From NCBI GenBank assembly GCA_964016885.1, contig OZ024741.1, positions 223,572,001 through 223,636,000 on the forward strand: 64,000 nucleotides of DNA, written 5' to 3'. Shown here in pieces: positions 1-13,127 of the stretch. Under the pieces are notes generated by a model. The model was not told where the DNA came from. It saw only the letters and a program-made list of their open reading frames with translations, and did no database searches. Position numbers and translations under genes: made by a program. Positions within the stretch are counted from its first letter, which is position 1. The number at the start of each line of letters is the position of its first letter. This DNA comes from Eledone cirrhosa (Eukaryota).

Positions 1-153
1 GTACACATACATACATATATATATGTAGAAGTTATATTTAAATTGTTGGGATACAACAAGCAAATATTTTTATAACTGATATAAAGTACTCAACAAATTA
101 TTGGAGTAAAAATATGATATATTAAATGGAAACTATATTTATAAAACCATATT

Positions 154-218
154 TATTTGATTACACATATTTCAAGGACACCAAGTCAAATTATGGTGCG
201 CTTTCATCAGATAAAATA
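154..218 (-). ncRNA. Minimal type I hammerhead ribozyme motif
   Basis: Minus strand reads TATTTTAT-CTGATGA-AAGCGCACCA..TGGTGTCCTT-GAAA-T(ATGT)G-TA|ATCAAATA; stems I and II pair, cleavage triplet GUA. Confidence 0.7.
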
Positions 219-253
219 TAATATAGATCAGTTTTATAAATAAATATTGACAT

Positions 254-644
254 GGAGGCACATGGCTTAGTGGTTAGAGCATTGGCTTTGCAATCGAAAG
301 GTTGTGAGTTCAATTCTCAGACCGGGTGATGTGTTGTTTCCTTGAGCAAGACACTTTATTTCACATTGCTCCAGTTTACTCAGCTGTAGAAATGAGATGA
401 TAGGGACTGGGGTCCATATCATTCCACTGCAAAGTGGTCGTGGAGGTGCCACGGCAAAAAAGCACCCAGCACCCACTGTAAAGTGGACGTGTAGGCACCA
501 CGGAAAGAAAGCACCCAGCACTCACTGTAAATGAGGTTGGAGTTAGGAAGGGCATCCAGCCGTAGAAATCAAGCCAGAATCAGTTCCCGTCCCACCCTTG
601 CAAGCAGGGAAAAGTGGATGTAAAATGATGATGATGATGATGAT
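254..644 (+). mobile_element. tRNA-derived CORE-type SINE with composite body and RTE-derived (ATG)n tail
   Basis: A box TGGCTTAGTGG, B box GAGTTCAATTC, CORE-like CCTTGAGCAAGACACTT; 3' end matches the RTE LINE 3' end at 44221-44275. Confidence 0.85.
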
Positions 645-679
645 ACCCTTAAAGAATGCGACCATTTATATATATATGG

Positions 680-822
680 ACACACTAGAAGAGGAAGACC
701 AAGGTTAACGTATGTTGATGCCCTAAGGACAGACACTGGTCTGTTGGAGACAGCGATAATGAGGGACAGAGACCGCTGGAGAGAACTCGTCCATGGATCT
801 CGGGAATTTTACTCGCCTTAGA
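680..822 (+). mobile_element. 3' fragment of RTE-clade LINE
   Basis: Matches 24820-24972 (RGRPRLTYVDALRTDTG). Confidence 0.7.
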
Positions 823-1270
823 GATATATAAAGGGTAAAATTTCAGTTATGCCAATAAAATAGAATCAATGCTTAAATTGTGACATACAGACACATCCCT
901 ATAAATTGATAAAGGCATTTCACTATTTCCGTTTTTCATCTCTTGTTGAAAGGTATGTAAGACAAATAAAATGTCTTAAATGTCCTCAACTTGGCTTTCA
1001 CTCCACTATATACAGTGGCTGACTGAATATACATGCTTTTCCTCCAAAACTTTTTTTCCATGCCTTCCTCTTCTCACTCTCTATCTTTCTAATTCATCTT
1101 TTATTTCTTATTCTATCTTCTATTGAAGGACCAGAGTCTGAAAAGTAAGAACTCTTTTCCTACAATATCAAGTATTAAACTAATATATTTCTTCATTGTA
1201 CTATATTGTTTGCTTTGTTGTTTCCATTTACATGTTGCACACACATACACACACAAGCGCGCACGAGTAA

Positions 1271-1592
1271 TAAATGACTGATGAGTTTCAGATAGCTGGT
1301 ACAATGCGGTAGAAATATATTAGGCCAAAGGATGACAAATAAAATAAAACAGATTCATGTTTTTAACCAGTATATTTAATGTAATATTTCAGACCCTCTT
1401 TACAAATGTAAAAACGAAAACGCTTCCAAAGAAAACAAATGATCGATATGTTCTTCCCTAACTAGTTAACCCTGAAATATTATGTTGAAATATACCAGGT
1501 ATACATTACTTTGGTTTGCTTTATTTGCCATCCTTTACCCTTTATATATTCCTACCACATTGTACCAGCTTTCCAAAACTTATCAGTCATTT
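1271..1592. mobile_element. MITE-like element with ~80-bp imperfect terminal inverted repeats
   Basis: AAATGACTGATGAGTTTCAGATAGCTGGTACAATGCGGTAG.. is mirrored by ..CTACCACATTGTACCAGCTTTCCAAAACTTATCAGTCATTT. Confidence 0.6.
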
Positions 1593-1709
1593 CCTACATA
1601 TCTCACATGGCTTCATGTTAACTATACTTTATATATAGGAGAGATAACATGAGGAAGCTACAGAATGAAAATACATAAGGAGGATCTCCAAATAACCAGC
1701 TGCTAATTC

Positions 1710-1975
1710 TTAGCCACAACACACCACCTTAGCCACTACCACAACACACCACCTTAGCCACTACCACAACACACTACACTACTTTAGCCACCACCACTAC
1801 CACAACACTATATTAGCCACAACACAGTACCACTTTATCCACAACACACCACATCACCTTAGCCACCACCACAACACACCACACTACCTTAGTCACCACC
1901 ACTACCACAACAGTATCTTAACCACAACAACAACACCATTACCACAACAGTATGTTAGCCACCACCACCACCAAA
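1710..1975. repeat. TTAGCCACCACAACAC-type degenerate minisatellite
   Basis: Direct inspection. Confidence 0.85.
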
Positions 1976-2456
1976 CTATACTCTGCCAGTTCTTCGATTA
2001 AATGGACTACCAATTCTTTCAAGTTAGTGACATCTTAGCTGGAAGAGGGAGTATTGTAGGAGGATGCAACTGTAAACAACATCTGTGCAGTGATGTGTGA
2101 TACATAGAGATTTAGATGATACACAAGTCAAAGGAGTTAGTACTGACTAAAGTGAATAGGGAAAACAAAAACAGGGGAATAATACACCACAATGATAATA
2201 TATATTATTTTAATGCTTGATATAGTAGGAAAAGAGTCTTAACATTTCAAACATTAGTACTTCATTAGAAGATAGAATGAGGAACACAAGAAGAAATAGA
2301 AAGATAGATGAGGGTAAGAAATGAAAGGAAACTATTTGTTTTTTTATAGTTAGTACTGCTAATGCCAGTATTATCTACCATGGAGCTAACTAAAGCTGTC
2401 CATCTCTGCTGGTGACAAGTTATGACAAGTCATTTATCAGCATTAAAAGAAGAGCC

Positions 2457-2714
2457 TTAGCCTTTTTGTTACCAACCCACCAGAAACTGCCTTACTTTTA
2501 TAATACAAACTTACCCATTTTAAAATATATATACTTATATTAAAACCTATCATAATTTTATTTAAAAGATATTTGTCAAGTATTGTTCCAAACATTACAT
2601 TTCTAATGAAAAGGTTATTCTATGAAATTCCTCAAATTCTTTTTATTATTTTCAAGATTAATAGAAATACGAAGGAAGTGTATTTCATTAGAAATATGGT
2701 AACAAAAGGGTTTA
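2457..2714. mobile_element. piggyBac-like MITE (CCCTTTTGTTACCA TIR family)
   Basis: TIR pair with TTA(A/G)-like flanks; related copies at 6669-6976 and ~61064-61263. Confidence 0.6.
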
Positions 2715-3710
2715 ACTAAATACCTAACATTCTCCATGTTTTCAAATTCAGCCATGGTCAACTTTGCCTCATTGACTCAACACTCAGATTCGAAGTCACA
2801 GAAATATATTGTTTTACTAAATTTACCAATGTGATGTGTGTATGTGTGTGGCAAAGTATCAAATATAAAATAAATTGTTTGCCCAGTCAAGTAAAACAAG
2901 AGCAAAACAAACACTGCAATATTTATCAAATTATAAATCTTTTATTTCGTTATGTAAATTACATAATTAGTACTGGATAATGATATAATTCATAGTCTTT
3001 CGTTCCATTTTCCCGAACTCCTGAGGAACTTGTATGGGTGTCATATTGACATACAGCATTTCTAGGGCATATTTTAACCTGGCAGAGCCCATATACAGCA
3101 GATTTCTTCCAGGGAAGGATAGAAAGTCAGAGAATTGAAGTGAGAAAGAGATATAAAGGTAGAAGCTACTCCAGTACTAGACTGGTTCTTTTTTTTTTAT
3201 TGACCTGGAATGGATGAAAGGAAAAGTTGACCTTGACGGGATTGGAACAGAAAGCTGAAACAAATATCACAAAGCATTCTATCCAACATTCTAACGACTC
3301 TACCCATTTGCAGCCTTCATTCGTATAGTAAGAAAAGACAAATTAACAAAAGTTTTATATATAACACCCAAAACACATATTAGGTCTAACCAGCTTCCCA
3401 TACTTTCCAAAGAGGACTTGATAATGTGGTTTCAGATGGTACAAAGACAGAATGGTTATGGTTGACATGCTTTTGATTATAGCATCTGTTCAATCAGGTC
3501 TGACCTCAACAACAATAACTATACTATTCATTATACAGGTAAAATTATGTAATAACAAATTTTTTTTTCAATCCCCGGCCACATGCTCGATGTGTCAGGT
3601 CGATTTTGTTATAAAGAATTTTTCATTACAACAAATTATTTTTTATACCCCGTGAATAACGAATTTCACTGTCATCATCATCATCATATATATATATATT
3701 TTATTATTTC

Positions 3711-4007
3711 ATTTTATGTCCGCTTTTTCCCTGCTTGCAAGGGTGGGACGGGAACTGATTCTGGCTTGATTTTTACAGCTGGATGCTCTTCCTAACACCA
3801 ACCTCATTTACAGTGAGTGCTGGGTGCTTTTTTGCCGTGGCGCCTACATAACCACTTTACAGTGGAATGATATGGACGCCAGTAAACTGGAGCAATGTGA
3901 AATAAAGTGTCTTGCTCAAGGAAACAACACATCACCCGGTCTGAGAATTGAACTCACAACCTTTCGATTGCAAGGCCAATGCTCTAACCACTAAGCCATG
4001 TGCCTCC
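3711..4007 (-). mobile_element. CORE-type composite SINE
   Basis: Reverse complement of the 254-644 family, internally deleted. Confidence 0.85.
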
Positions 4008-4145
4008 ATATATATATATATAATAGTAATATTTATGAGAGTAAATTTTATACATCTACAAGGTGCTCAATGCTATGATAGGATCAAGCAGAGCCAATAG
4101 ATAATTACAATGTGCTTATAAATCAAAATTAAAAGGTCGAGACAT

Positions 4146-4256
4146 TTAATCACTGACAGTTGTTTCTTACCATAGGAATATACCACAGACAGCAAATTAT
4201 TTTATTTATCAATTTGCTATTAGTTAGCATAAACTATAGGAATCATCAGAGTTTAA
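4146..4256 (-). ncRNA. Hammerhead ribozyme motif with long stem II (inverted Penelope pLTR)
   Basis: Minus: TTAAACT-CTGATGA-TTCCTATAG..CTATGGTAA-GAAA-CAACTG-TC|AGTGATTAA; GUC triplet; abuts the Penelope ORF remnant. Confidence 0.6.
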
Positions 4257-4489
4257 TTAAAATCTAAAATATCAATACAAATCAATCTAAATATCAATAC
4301 AAATCAATCAAGAACAGATAATATATATCAATTAACTAATTGAGTAGCAGGGTGTCAGTTGTATTAAAATACTTATATATTATTTGGAAGAGTAGTAACT
4401 TTCCAATAATGAATTGGAAGTTATACAGTTTTATGAAAGCAATATTTATAGTTTGTAAAAAGAATCCATCGAATGATGGTTGGCCACGT

Positions 4490-5445
4490 AATATATCATA
4501 CAATATGGCAATGAAAAAATCTGGATTGAAGCATCATAATAATAATTTCTATAACCATAAAAATGATAGGAATAAACAAACACAAAACACCAATAGTATA
4601 GATAATAATAATAAATATAAGACAGCAAAATAAACACACATATATCTAAATCCTATAATCCCCACATAATATTAACATTTAATATAAACCACCTGAAACC
4701 ACTGATATATCTATATACATGATTAACTAAAATAATAATATAAACATAAGCCAAGATAAAAATAATAAAACTGCAGAAGATTACACACATTTTTTTAACT
4801 TACCATTTAGTTTAAACATATTTACTAACATACCTAAGCTCTTCTCTATAATAGATAGGAACTTCTCACTAGAACATAGATACCATAAACTAATTAATAA
4901 GAATATAATTAAACTCTCAACTACAATTAATATAGCCACACAATTGGCTTTTAGCAACAATTGGAAAATCAAAAAACACTAAATCCTTTAAACTGAATAA
5001 TACACAGCTATTGGATACATCTAACCAAAATAACCTTTCAAATAATATCAATAACCCATTACCTGGTACTAAAAATAATATTAAGACCCGCAGTAACAGT
5101 AATATTCCAATTAATAGTATTATCCTAATATCTACAATCCCTCATACTAACTATTATTAATTGAAACTATAACTGTAGAAATAAGAAACTATGCCCACTT
5201 AGCCGTAATTGCTTAACTGATAATATAGTATATTGTTGCACAGTTAACATATCTCAACAGTCTAAACTTTACATAGGAGCTCTCTCAAATAGTTTCTAAA
5301 CAAGATTTAATTCCCATCTTCATTCTTTTAGAAAACCTAAATTAAAACATATGACATCATTAGCTAGTTTTATCTGGGAATTAAAAAATAAGAATATACC
5401 ATATACATTGAATTGGGAAATATTAGGTAGATCCTCTGCTTATGG
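4490..5445 (+). mobile_element. Penelope-like retroelement remnant (RT linker plus GIY-YIG endonuclease)
   Basis: Translations FFNLPFSLNIFTNIPKLFSIIDRNF..YHKLINKN and NCRNKKLCPLSRNCLTDNIVY..LYIG..TRFNSHLHSF..TSLASFIWELKNKNIPYTLNWEIL. Confidence 0.8.
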
Positions 5446-5556
5446 CTTAGTTGAAGTTAATCCTTCTAGCATATTCTATGCAGTTCCAAGTCAAACACTT
5501 GACTAAGTTTTAAGAAATTCATAAATAGAAGTAAACGTGTTGGAATTTATCAAAGA

Positions 5557-6133
5557 CTAGCTGAAGTACCCGGCTTCGCCCGGGAAAGCAGTTAAGAGAA
5601 GGATAAAAGAGAAAACGACTGTATTGGATATGTTATCTGGTATGAGGTGAAACCGTAATGTGTGTGTGTGAGAAACAAAGAAAAAAATCATAAAACTTCC
5701 TTATTAGACTGAGGGAGTAAACTGCCGATTAAATGGTAGCATTGGCCTTGGATTTTAAATGTGAAATAACCATAGTCAGTATGATCTTTTTCAACTCCAA
5801 AGGACGTCATCTGAAACACAGCAATATATCGCATATTGCTTCTGAAGTGTGCTTCGTTAGTACGGACTGTAAGTAGTATATGGATAAAAGATGGAGAGTA
5901 CATTAATTTCAAATAGTATCAATTTTTGTTTGATCTGTAAAATCAAAGACTGTAAAGCGACTTTATAAAAGCTAACGCAATATTGTTAAACCTTTAACTG
6001 ATACTTTTGAGGGACGTCACTCTCTCTCTCTCTCTAACACTTTAATTGTATCTCTCTCTGCCTCTCTTTAGATGTATGTGTGTGTAGTTTTCATGTGATT
6101 CAACCAATAAACATCTTTTATATTATATATAGA
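5557..6133 (-). mobile_element. Non-autonomous Helitron with internal RepHel fragment
   Basis: Minus 5'-TC start; 3' hairpin CCCGGGCGAAGCCGGG then CTAG; inserted between A and T; internal peptide FQMTSFG..TFKIQGQCYHLIGSLLP (5688-5912). Confidence 0.88.
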
Positions 6134-6668
6134 TAGCAACATGGGCCAATTTATCTGAATTTCACTTAAATGATCAAATTTCGTTCTAATGACCTAATCG
6201 TAAAATGAACTTTTTCATCTAAAAACCAAAATTCATTCCAACAAACTAGTCATAAAATATTTTGAAATATTGTTTTAATATCACCCAATGAGTGATAGAG
6301 TCCACGGAGTATGAAAAAAGTTACCAAGTATCAGTTTTATATTAAATTATCTGAATAAATAAAGGTATAGTGGAAACACTATCTTAGTAGTTCTAAGTTT
6401 GTTTTATTTTGCAAACTTCTTACAAATGTAAAAAGAAAAAGTAAATAACAAATATGTATACACAAAAAATTCCTAAGTATTTCATTACTAAGATAGTAAT
6501 TTGCATAGGTGTGATTTGTAAATGTTATTTTCAATTTAACATAATTCTTAGGAATCCTACCCCTTTTGATAACTAAACCACCTGAAACTGCCCCTGGTTC
6601 TACAATATAAAACAGTTTTAAAGTATTTATATTTATCTTAAAACCTCCCATATCTTTATGTAAGAAGC

Positions 6669-6976
6669 TTTAGCCCTTTTGTTACCATATTTCTAATGAA
6701 AAACACTGCCTCTGAGGTTCAAATAATCAAGAATTTAGAGTGATTGAAAAATTTATAGATAAATATCAACACTTAAAAATAAACAACTTGTATGATAGAA
6801 ATACAGATAGTTTTCAGACAGATTGATATCAACAGTGTTACATTACTAAATTCATAAAATTCTCAATTATTTTCAAAATCATATTTCAGTAGAAATATAA
6901 CAAAAGGATTAAAATGAATGGTTTTGTTTCATAGAACCAGAACCAGTTTTTACTGAGTTGGTACTACAAGGGTTAA
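6669..6976. mobile_element. piggyBac-like MITE
   Basis: CCCTTTTGTTACCA..TGGTACTACAAGGG-TTAA termini. Confidence 0.6.
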
Positions 6977-7289
6977 ATTATACCCACCCAACTCTGAGAT
7001 ACTGGTTTAAATACACATTTCAGTAAACAAGAAAATCAATATTTTAACATAAAAAAAACTTATAGAAAGAGCAGCATCAGAGATCAAAGTTTTACAATAT
7101 TTAAACAGAAACCAATAGTGCATTACAGTATCAGTTCTAGTTCATTAAAATTTAACAACTTTCTAATAACTAACACCAAGGAAATGATTTCTAAATTAGA
7201 GGAAAAAATATCTACACGAAAAAGAATTATTTAAAAAATTAAATTATAATACTTCATCAATAAAAACCAACTATCATCAACAATTTTAC

Positions 7290-8560
7290 ATGTTTTTCTA
7301 TACTTGTATAGGTTGGACAGGTCTTCGCCAACATATCCTTTTCTCCACTTGCCTCATTCCTTCAAAGCATTTATCACTCCTACCCAGATTTTCCTGTTTT
7401 CCTCTTTTCCATATGGCCCTTTACCCAACCAACATCATCCATTCAGAGCGCAATCTTCTCTTGCAAATAAATCCAACAAAGCATGCTAGCCTCATTTCTT
7501 TTGCACATCATCTGGATTCAATACCCATGTCTCACTAACAGGCATCACATAATCTACCCTTTACTCAGAAAGAGAGAATCCCTTTGCTGCCAATGGATGT
7601 AGAAGCTTATTAAACTTTTTCCAGCCCATTCTTATTCTGGCTACTATGCTGTTGGAGCAACCCTCTTTACTACTAATTAGGCTACCTAGGCAACAACTAC
7701 TTTTATGAAGCCTACCTTGGTTTGGAAAGGGTTTACTTTACTACTAACTAACTCTGTGCATTTACAATCCTGCTATATCTCAAATATACCTAAGTTTACA
7801 CTGGATACTCTTTTCTTTTTGTAAATTGAGTATGGCCACTTCCCTGATGTTAACATGATCCTGTCTTCTTTCCTATTTACTAAAACTCTGGTCTCTGCTA
7901 AGTTTACCCTAAGGCCTTTCAATTCTAGGTTTGGTTTCTGCAATCTTTCACAAATTCATCTATAAGTACCAAGTCATCAGCATATAGGAGCTCCCACGGA
8001 CAGCTGGTCTTAAGCTCCTCTGTAATGGCCTGGAGAAAAAGAGTGGGCCCAAGACAGAGCCTTGAGGAACACCCACCTGCACATTGAATTCCTTACTAAA
8101 CTCATTGCCTACTCCAGTGGTTCTCAACCTATTGATACCTATGGACCTTTTTGATTCCTATTTTAACTCTTGTGGACCCCATTTGATGTTTCAAAAATCC
8201 TATTGTATTAGGTATTGTACAGAAAAATTGTTAAAATATCTTGTGTGTTGCAGAAGTAGAACCAATTTATTGTACATAAACTTTAGTCTTTTGATTTCCC
8301 TAATTTTTTTTATCAACTACTTTGGTCAACTGTTTTTTTTAATTATTTTTCTTTCTCTAAGGCTTAAGATAGTTTTTTTTTAAAGCAAAATTTTTATATG
8401 GACCCATCCTTAAATACTGCCGTAGACCTCCAATTTACATTTTTTTTTCTTTTTGCGGACCCTGGTTGAGAGCCACTAGTCTACTCATGCTTTGCTAACA
8501 GTATCTGTGTACATGGTTTGCACTGCTTTCACAAGCCTATCATCTATACGGTTTTCTTAA
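7290..8560 (-). mobile_element. Degenerate PHD-RTE LINE remnant, interrupted by a hAT MITE
   Basis: Minus-strand CPWELLYADD and VGVPQGSVLGP motifs, homologous to 44237-46780. Confidence 0.75.
8115..8478. mobile_element. hAT (Charlie/Buster-type) MITE
   Basis: TIRs CAGTGGTTCTCAAC / GTTGAGAGCCACTA; 8-bp TSD GCCTACTC/GTCTACTC. Confidence 0.85.
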
Positions 8561-8811
8561 CCCTTAATGTCTTGTACCAAAGTATAAAACAGAACTATAG
8601 TTGCATCACATTAAAAATTAGAGTCTTTAATATTACAAAATTTCACAATGATCTGTCCACTAATTAACAAATCCATTCTTAGATATCTAAACCATTACAA
8701 GATGTTAAAAGTTAAGGACAAGACAGGCAATAGATAATTGTACTATGCCAAAGACCTTCACCACATCAGCAAAAGTTAGATATAGCACTTAGTTGCCTCA
8801 CTTCAATATTA

Positions 8812-9075
8812 TCGAAGACCCTCTTCGGTCACAAATGACCATGTGATTTGCACCTAGAAAGTTTCCCTCCGAAGCACAAGTCCAGGCAGGGTTGTTTGAG
8901 GAAGACCAGCAGTTGTCCATGCATACCTGCCTCCCCTCTCCACGCCACTGATGATGTCCAAGGGAAAGACTATGGCCGATACAGCTTGCACCAGTGACAC
9001 CGCAACTCATTTCTCCAGCTGAATAAAGTCTAACCCATGCAGGCATGGACAATAGACATTGAATGATGATGATGA
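8812..9075 (-). mobile_element. SINE fragment (second CORE-SINE family)
   Basis: Homologous to 39760-40025 and 9975-10185. Confidence 0.65.
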
Positions 9076-11039
9076 CAAATATCTTGATTCACGCTGACAC
9101 TATTTCACAATACCTCATGGCTTTCAGCTTATTTCCATGCCAACAAAACCTTAGATAGGCAAATGATGGAATGGGCATGGCTGAATGATTTTGATCATAG
9201 GCATATTCTATCAGTGCTGAGTTGGAGCTAAACAACTCTCCTGTAGAGATTCTTCACAGGTAATTATGGACATGCAACTCTAGTACGGAAGATGTGGCAG
9301 AGGAGTAGGCATTTAGAGTAATTGAGATAGCCACTATACAAGTAATAAGATGAAGAGAGCCCATAATTCTTGATGGAGTTATAGGGGCACCAAGCTGTCT
9401 TTGGGCATTTTAAAAACCTGGCAGAACCCATCCCAATTTTTCCAGGGAAAGAAAGAGATAGAAGAAGAATCAACGCCAGCATTGGACTGGTACTTTATTT
9501 ATTGCCCTTGGGGCACTTTTAATCATATCCCCTAATGACTGCCAATTCACTACCTTTCTAGTAATATGACAAAATCCAAAATTGTAGAAAGCTATGAGGA
9601 TCTTCATCAGCAGCAACAAATAACGACTGAAGACATGTACTGGTTTAAATAAATGTAGTTACCATGAGGAAAGAAATGTCATGTTTTGGGCAATAGGCCA
9701 TTTATGAAGATGATGGAAAAAGTTCTGTATGTACCTTTCTTCACAATAATTATATTTAACTTGTAACATCCTGTAAAGATTAAGCAGAAAATATCTAAAA
9801 ACAGATTTGTTCCTTCAAATGTTTATAATGTGGACAAATCTGAAAATTCAGAGTAAACTAAAGAGTTGGGATACACAAATTCTAAAAAAAAACAGCCAAC
9901 TGGACATCTATCAATCAGGTGGATGTATGTGTTAAACTGACTTGACCATATCAAAACGCAAGTGGATGGATGTGAACATGCATGCCAGTCTCTCCTCTTC
10001 GTGCAACCAATGTTATCCTTTTTGCACCAGTGTCATTACAAATGAATGACTGCCACCTTGATGGGCTAGTGCCCATTTCTTTCAGCTGAGTGAACTAGAG
10101 CAACATGAAACAAACTGTCTTGGTCAATATGAGTCTTGCTCATTCTGGGACTCAAACTCACAACTAACACTAACCACTAAGCTGCATAAAACTTTTAAGA
10201 GGTTATTGAATGAAGACTCATGTGATAGCAAATCACTATTAAAAGGAGTATCAACAGAGTGGATAACTACAGGGGTTAGTTTCAGTATAGTTACTAAAGC
10301 TATTAAAGGAATAAAATCAGAAGTGTTGGTGCCTCAATAAAAAGCAATCGGTAGAGCATGGGAATGCATCTAAGTAAGATGCAGGCACCCAGCTCATGTA
10401 AGAGATCAGAAGCTCTGTTTGAATACTAACTCAGTCAGTGAAAACCTGCCAAACCTTGATAGCAGGAAAAATGGACATTAAATGATAAAGGTTTATGATG
10501 GACTATTAGGAAATCAAAGACACAGCAGACCCATTAGGAATGAGGCAATGATGGTCATATGTTGGTTACATGAGTGGAGAAAAGTGTTGTAGTATTATTA
10601 CCATCATCATCAATTACTACAAAAACAAGAGATACAGTGAAGAGGAGCAATTACAAATGATCATGTGTTGAATGTTAAAGTTTAGATAAGATGTAGTGTG
10701 GTTTGTGGAGAAGAAACATTATTTCAAAACTGAATATAACGTTACCCACTGTCTCTTTGAAATTAGAGTGAAATGGTTTGAAGAAATGTTATTTCAATAC
10801 TAGACATATCATTGTCTAATGCTCCATTAAAAATAGAATGAAGTACCAGGCTCCAGTTGACAGCACTTGGAATGAGCCCCTATCTAGGGTTACAGAAGGC
10901 CCTCATTTTATTTTGAAATGCTAGGTTAATTTTCAGCCTGCATTAAGGAAGGAGAGATAGAACACGAAGCTCCATAGGGAGCAAAATGTATAGAAGAATG
11001 GGTTTGTGCTAGGACATGGAATGACAGATGTCCTATTTC

Positions 11040-11720
11040 TATGAAATAACATGAATAACATGTAGACAGTTCATATCAACTCCCTGATTCACCAGTGTTG
11101 GGAACAGTGGAATAAGTTCAATGGAGTCAAACAGTTTATCATAGTCAACAAAGGCAAGGCAGAGTAGGATCTTGTACTCAATAGGAATCAATAGGATCTT
11201 GCCTTCTGGAGCTGGATGAGAACATGAATGTGGTCAATGGTGGAGAATCCTGATCTGAAGCCAGCTTGTTCATGTGGCTGGTTCTGATCCAGTGACTGTA
11301 GTATTCACTGCAGTAGAAGCTTGTTGATCACTGGCAGATTGGTTGGTAGTTTTTGATATCAGCTGTATTGTATTTATTGAGTACTGAGGTGTTCTTTCAG
11401 CATTCTGGGACTTTGCCACTCTTGGGGCATATGTTAAACAGCTTTGTGAGAGTTACAACAATGGGCTCTCCACCATCCTGCAGAATACCTGCTATGATGT
11501 TGTCTCCTCCAGGAGCTTTGCTTCACTCAGTTGCTTTATGGCTGCTCTCACCGGTGATGGCAAGATGAGTGGGGGTGAACTACCTTGTAGTCATCCACTC
11601 TGTCTGGTGCTGTAGGGCTTGGTGTAGAATGCTTCACGTCTCTTAATCATCCAATCTAGGCATCATACTTCACAACCAGAAGCACAACATGTGGGTCTGG
11701 CAACAGACTGGAATGATCAA
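11040..11720 (-). mobile_element. Degenerate RTE-like RT remnant
   Basis: Minus: DQNQPHEQAGFRSGFSTIDHIH..LCLAFVDYDK.FDSIE. Confidence 0.7.
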
Positions 11721-12315
11721 CATCGTTAAAGCCATCAAGACATCAAAACACTGTTGGAAAGACAACCTGGTTTTTCATTTGGGATTTGAATGACCAAGGT
11801 TGGCCCATGACTGATGTCGCTGGAGGTAGTCCAGAGAGGGGTTTCTCTTCCAGGAAACACAATGCCCTGATGATGATGAGTCCACGAACAGAGGTAAAGT
11901 TAAAATTATAATTCTCAGTCATTTGACATTGATGTTTTTTTCAAATTGGCCTGGCTCGGGTGCATCAGCTCAACACCTGGGTGTGACAATCTGTCACTTT
12001 GTTTAACACCAACACATGGCCCTAGGGTGCCTCCAAACCTTCAGTGGAGTCAACTCTGTTGCAAACTTTCAGGCCATGTCTCCAATTAAGATATAACTTT
12101 CTCGTCATCGCCCTCCCACCAGTCTTAGAAGCCTTGAAAAGAGCCTTAGGCTTTGCTCTTTTCTCTCTAATGAGGAAAAAATGAAGTGTGATTTTTTTCA
12201 AACACCCGAATGACCCCATCTAAATGTGGATGTAGTTTCAAAATAAGCACCCCACGTAAATAAATGGTCATAATTTTTTTCATGTGTTTTGCTAAGCAAC
12301 CAGGAGGAAGTGAAA

Positions 12316-12650
12316 TCATCATCATCACTGTTAGACAAGTTGTCCTATGGTGAGCAATGCCAGGTCAGGTGACCATGTCTTGCTCATACAGAACTGATTT
12401 TGGCTTGGTTTCTACAGTTGGATGCCCTTCCTAATGACAACCTCATTTACAGTGAGTACTGTTTGTTTTTCATCATAATATCTACACAACTACTTTACAG
12501 TGTGGGCTGGAAGCTTCACTAGACGTGTTTCAGCCTATCCTCATGGGAGATGTATAGGAGGGGGCAAACTATATATATTCTTCAGCCTGTGCCCGTGGGA
12601 AGGCAGGGTATTACTGCATAACACCAGAGATCTTGGTCCTGTGTCATCTT
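12316..12650 (-). mobile_element. Composite SINE / RTE 3'UTR fragment
   Basis: GGATGCCCTTCCTAA domain, (CAT)n tail. Confidence 0.65.
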
Positions 12651-12799
12651 TATAAAAATCAAACCAGAAAACTGACCGGTCGCTCTATCAAAGTTTATAA
12701 AAACCTAGAAAACATACTATTTCCGTCATTAATTCAATAGTTTATCACCCGGTAAGCAGTGTTCATAAGTTCGACTCTAGGTAGATATCATTTCAGGTC

Positions 12800-12957
12800 A
12801 TATCATTGTGTGACAATATGCAAAACATGTTATAGCGTTCTGATACTATTTATTCCTAATAGTGCTTTTCATCTATTTCAGATGTCCATCATTTATTGAT
12901 ACAAATAAAGTGGATGTATTATGAAAAGAGTTTGTGCTCATTTATGATGGACATCTA
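12800..12957 (+). repeat. 5' LTR
   Basis: Aligns with 17901-18046; contains AATAAA. Confidence 0.85.
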
Positions 12958-13127
12958 AGGTTAGAAGACCCAATATTGACCATATCTCCTGTCCAGTCCA
13001 GGATGGACATCGTCAATTTATACTTTACAGAGAAGTTATTCTAAGACCAAAGTTTATTTATATAGGTGAAATTTGAATTTGTGCGCGCAACCGTTAAGAC
13101 TTCGTTTCGTATAATTTAATGTGAAAG

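Larger units (their letters stand above)
25..666 (-). mobile_element. Short non-coding hammerhead-bearing (Penelope pLTR-like) element in (TA)n, split by a SINE insertion
   Basis: Near-identical to 32181-32420. The sequence ...ATTGACAT|ACCCTTAAA is interrupted at 253 and resumes at ~645. Confidence 0.75.

Noticed and set aside
254-325. tRNA gene
   Set aside because: SINE head: acceptor stem incomplete, continues into the CORE domain, multiple copies.
1278-1325. CTGATGA..GAAA as a hammerhead
   Set aside because: No stem I or stem II pairing; it is part of a MITE TIR.
6560-6600. Candidate exon 2 of the NOLC1-like gene (good acceptor and donor)
   Set aside because: Phase-0 reading hits a stop and other frames do not resemble Nopp140; similar candidates at ~2000-2070 and ~9555-9625 also fail.
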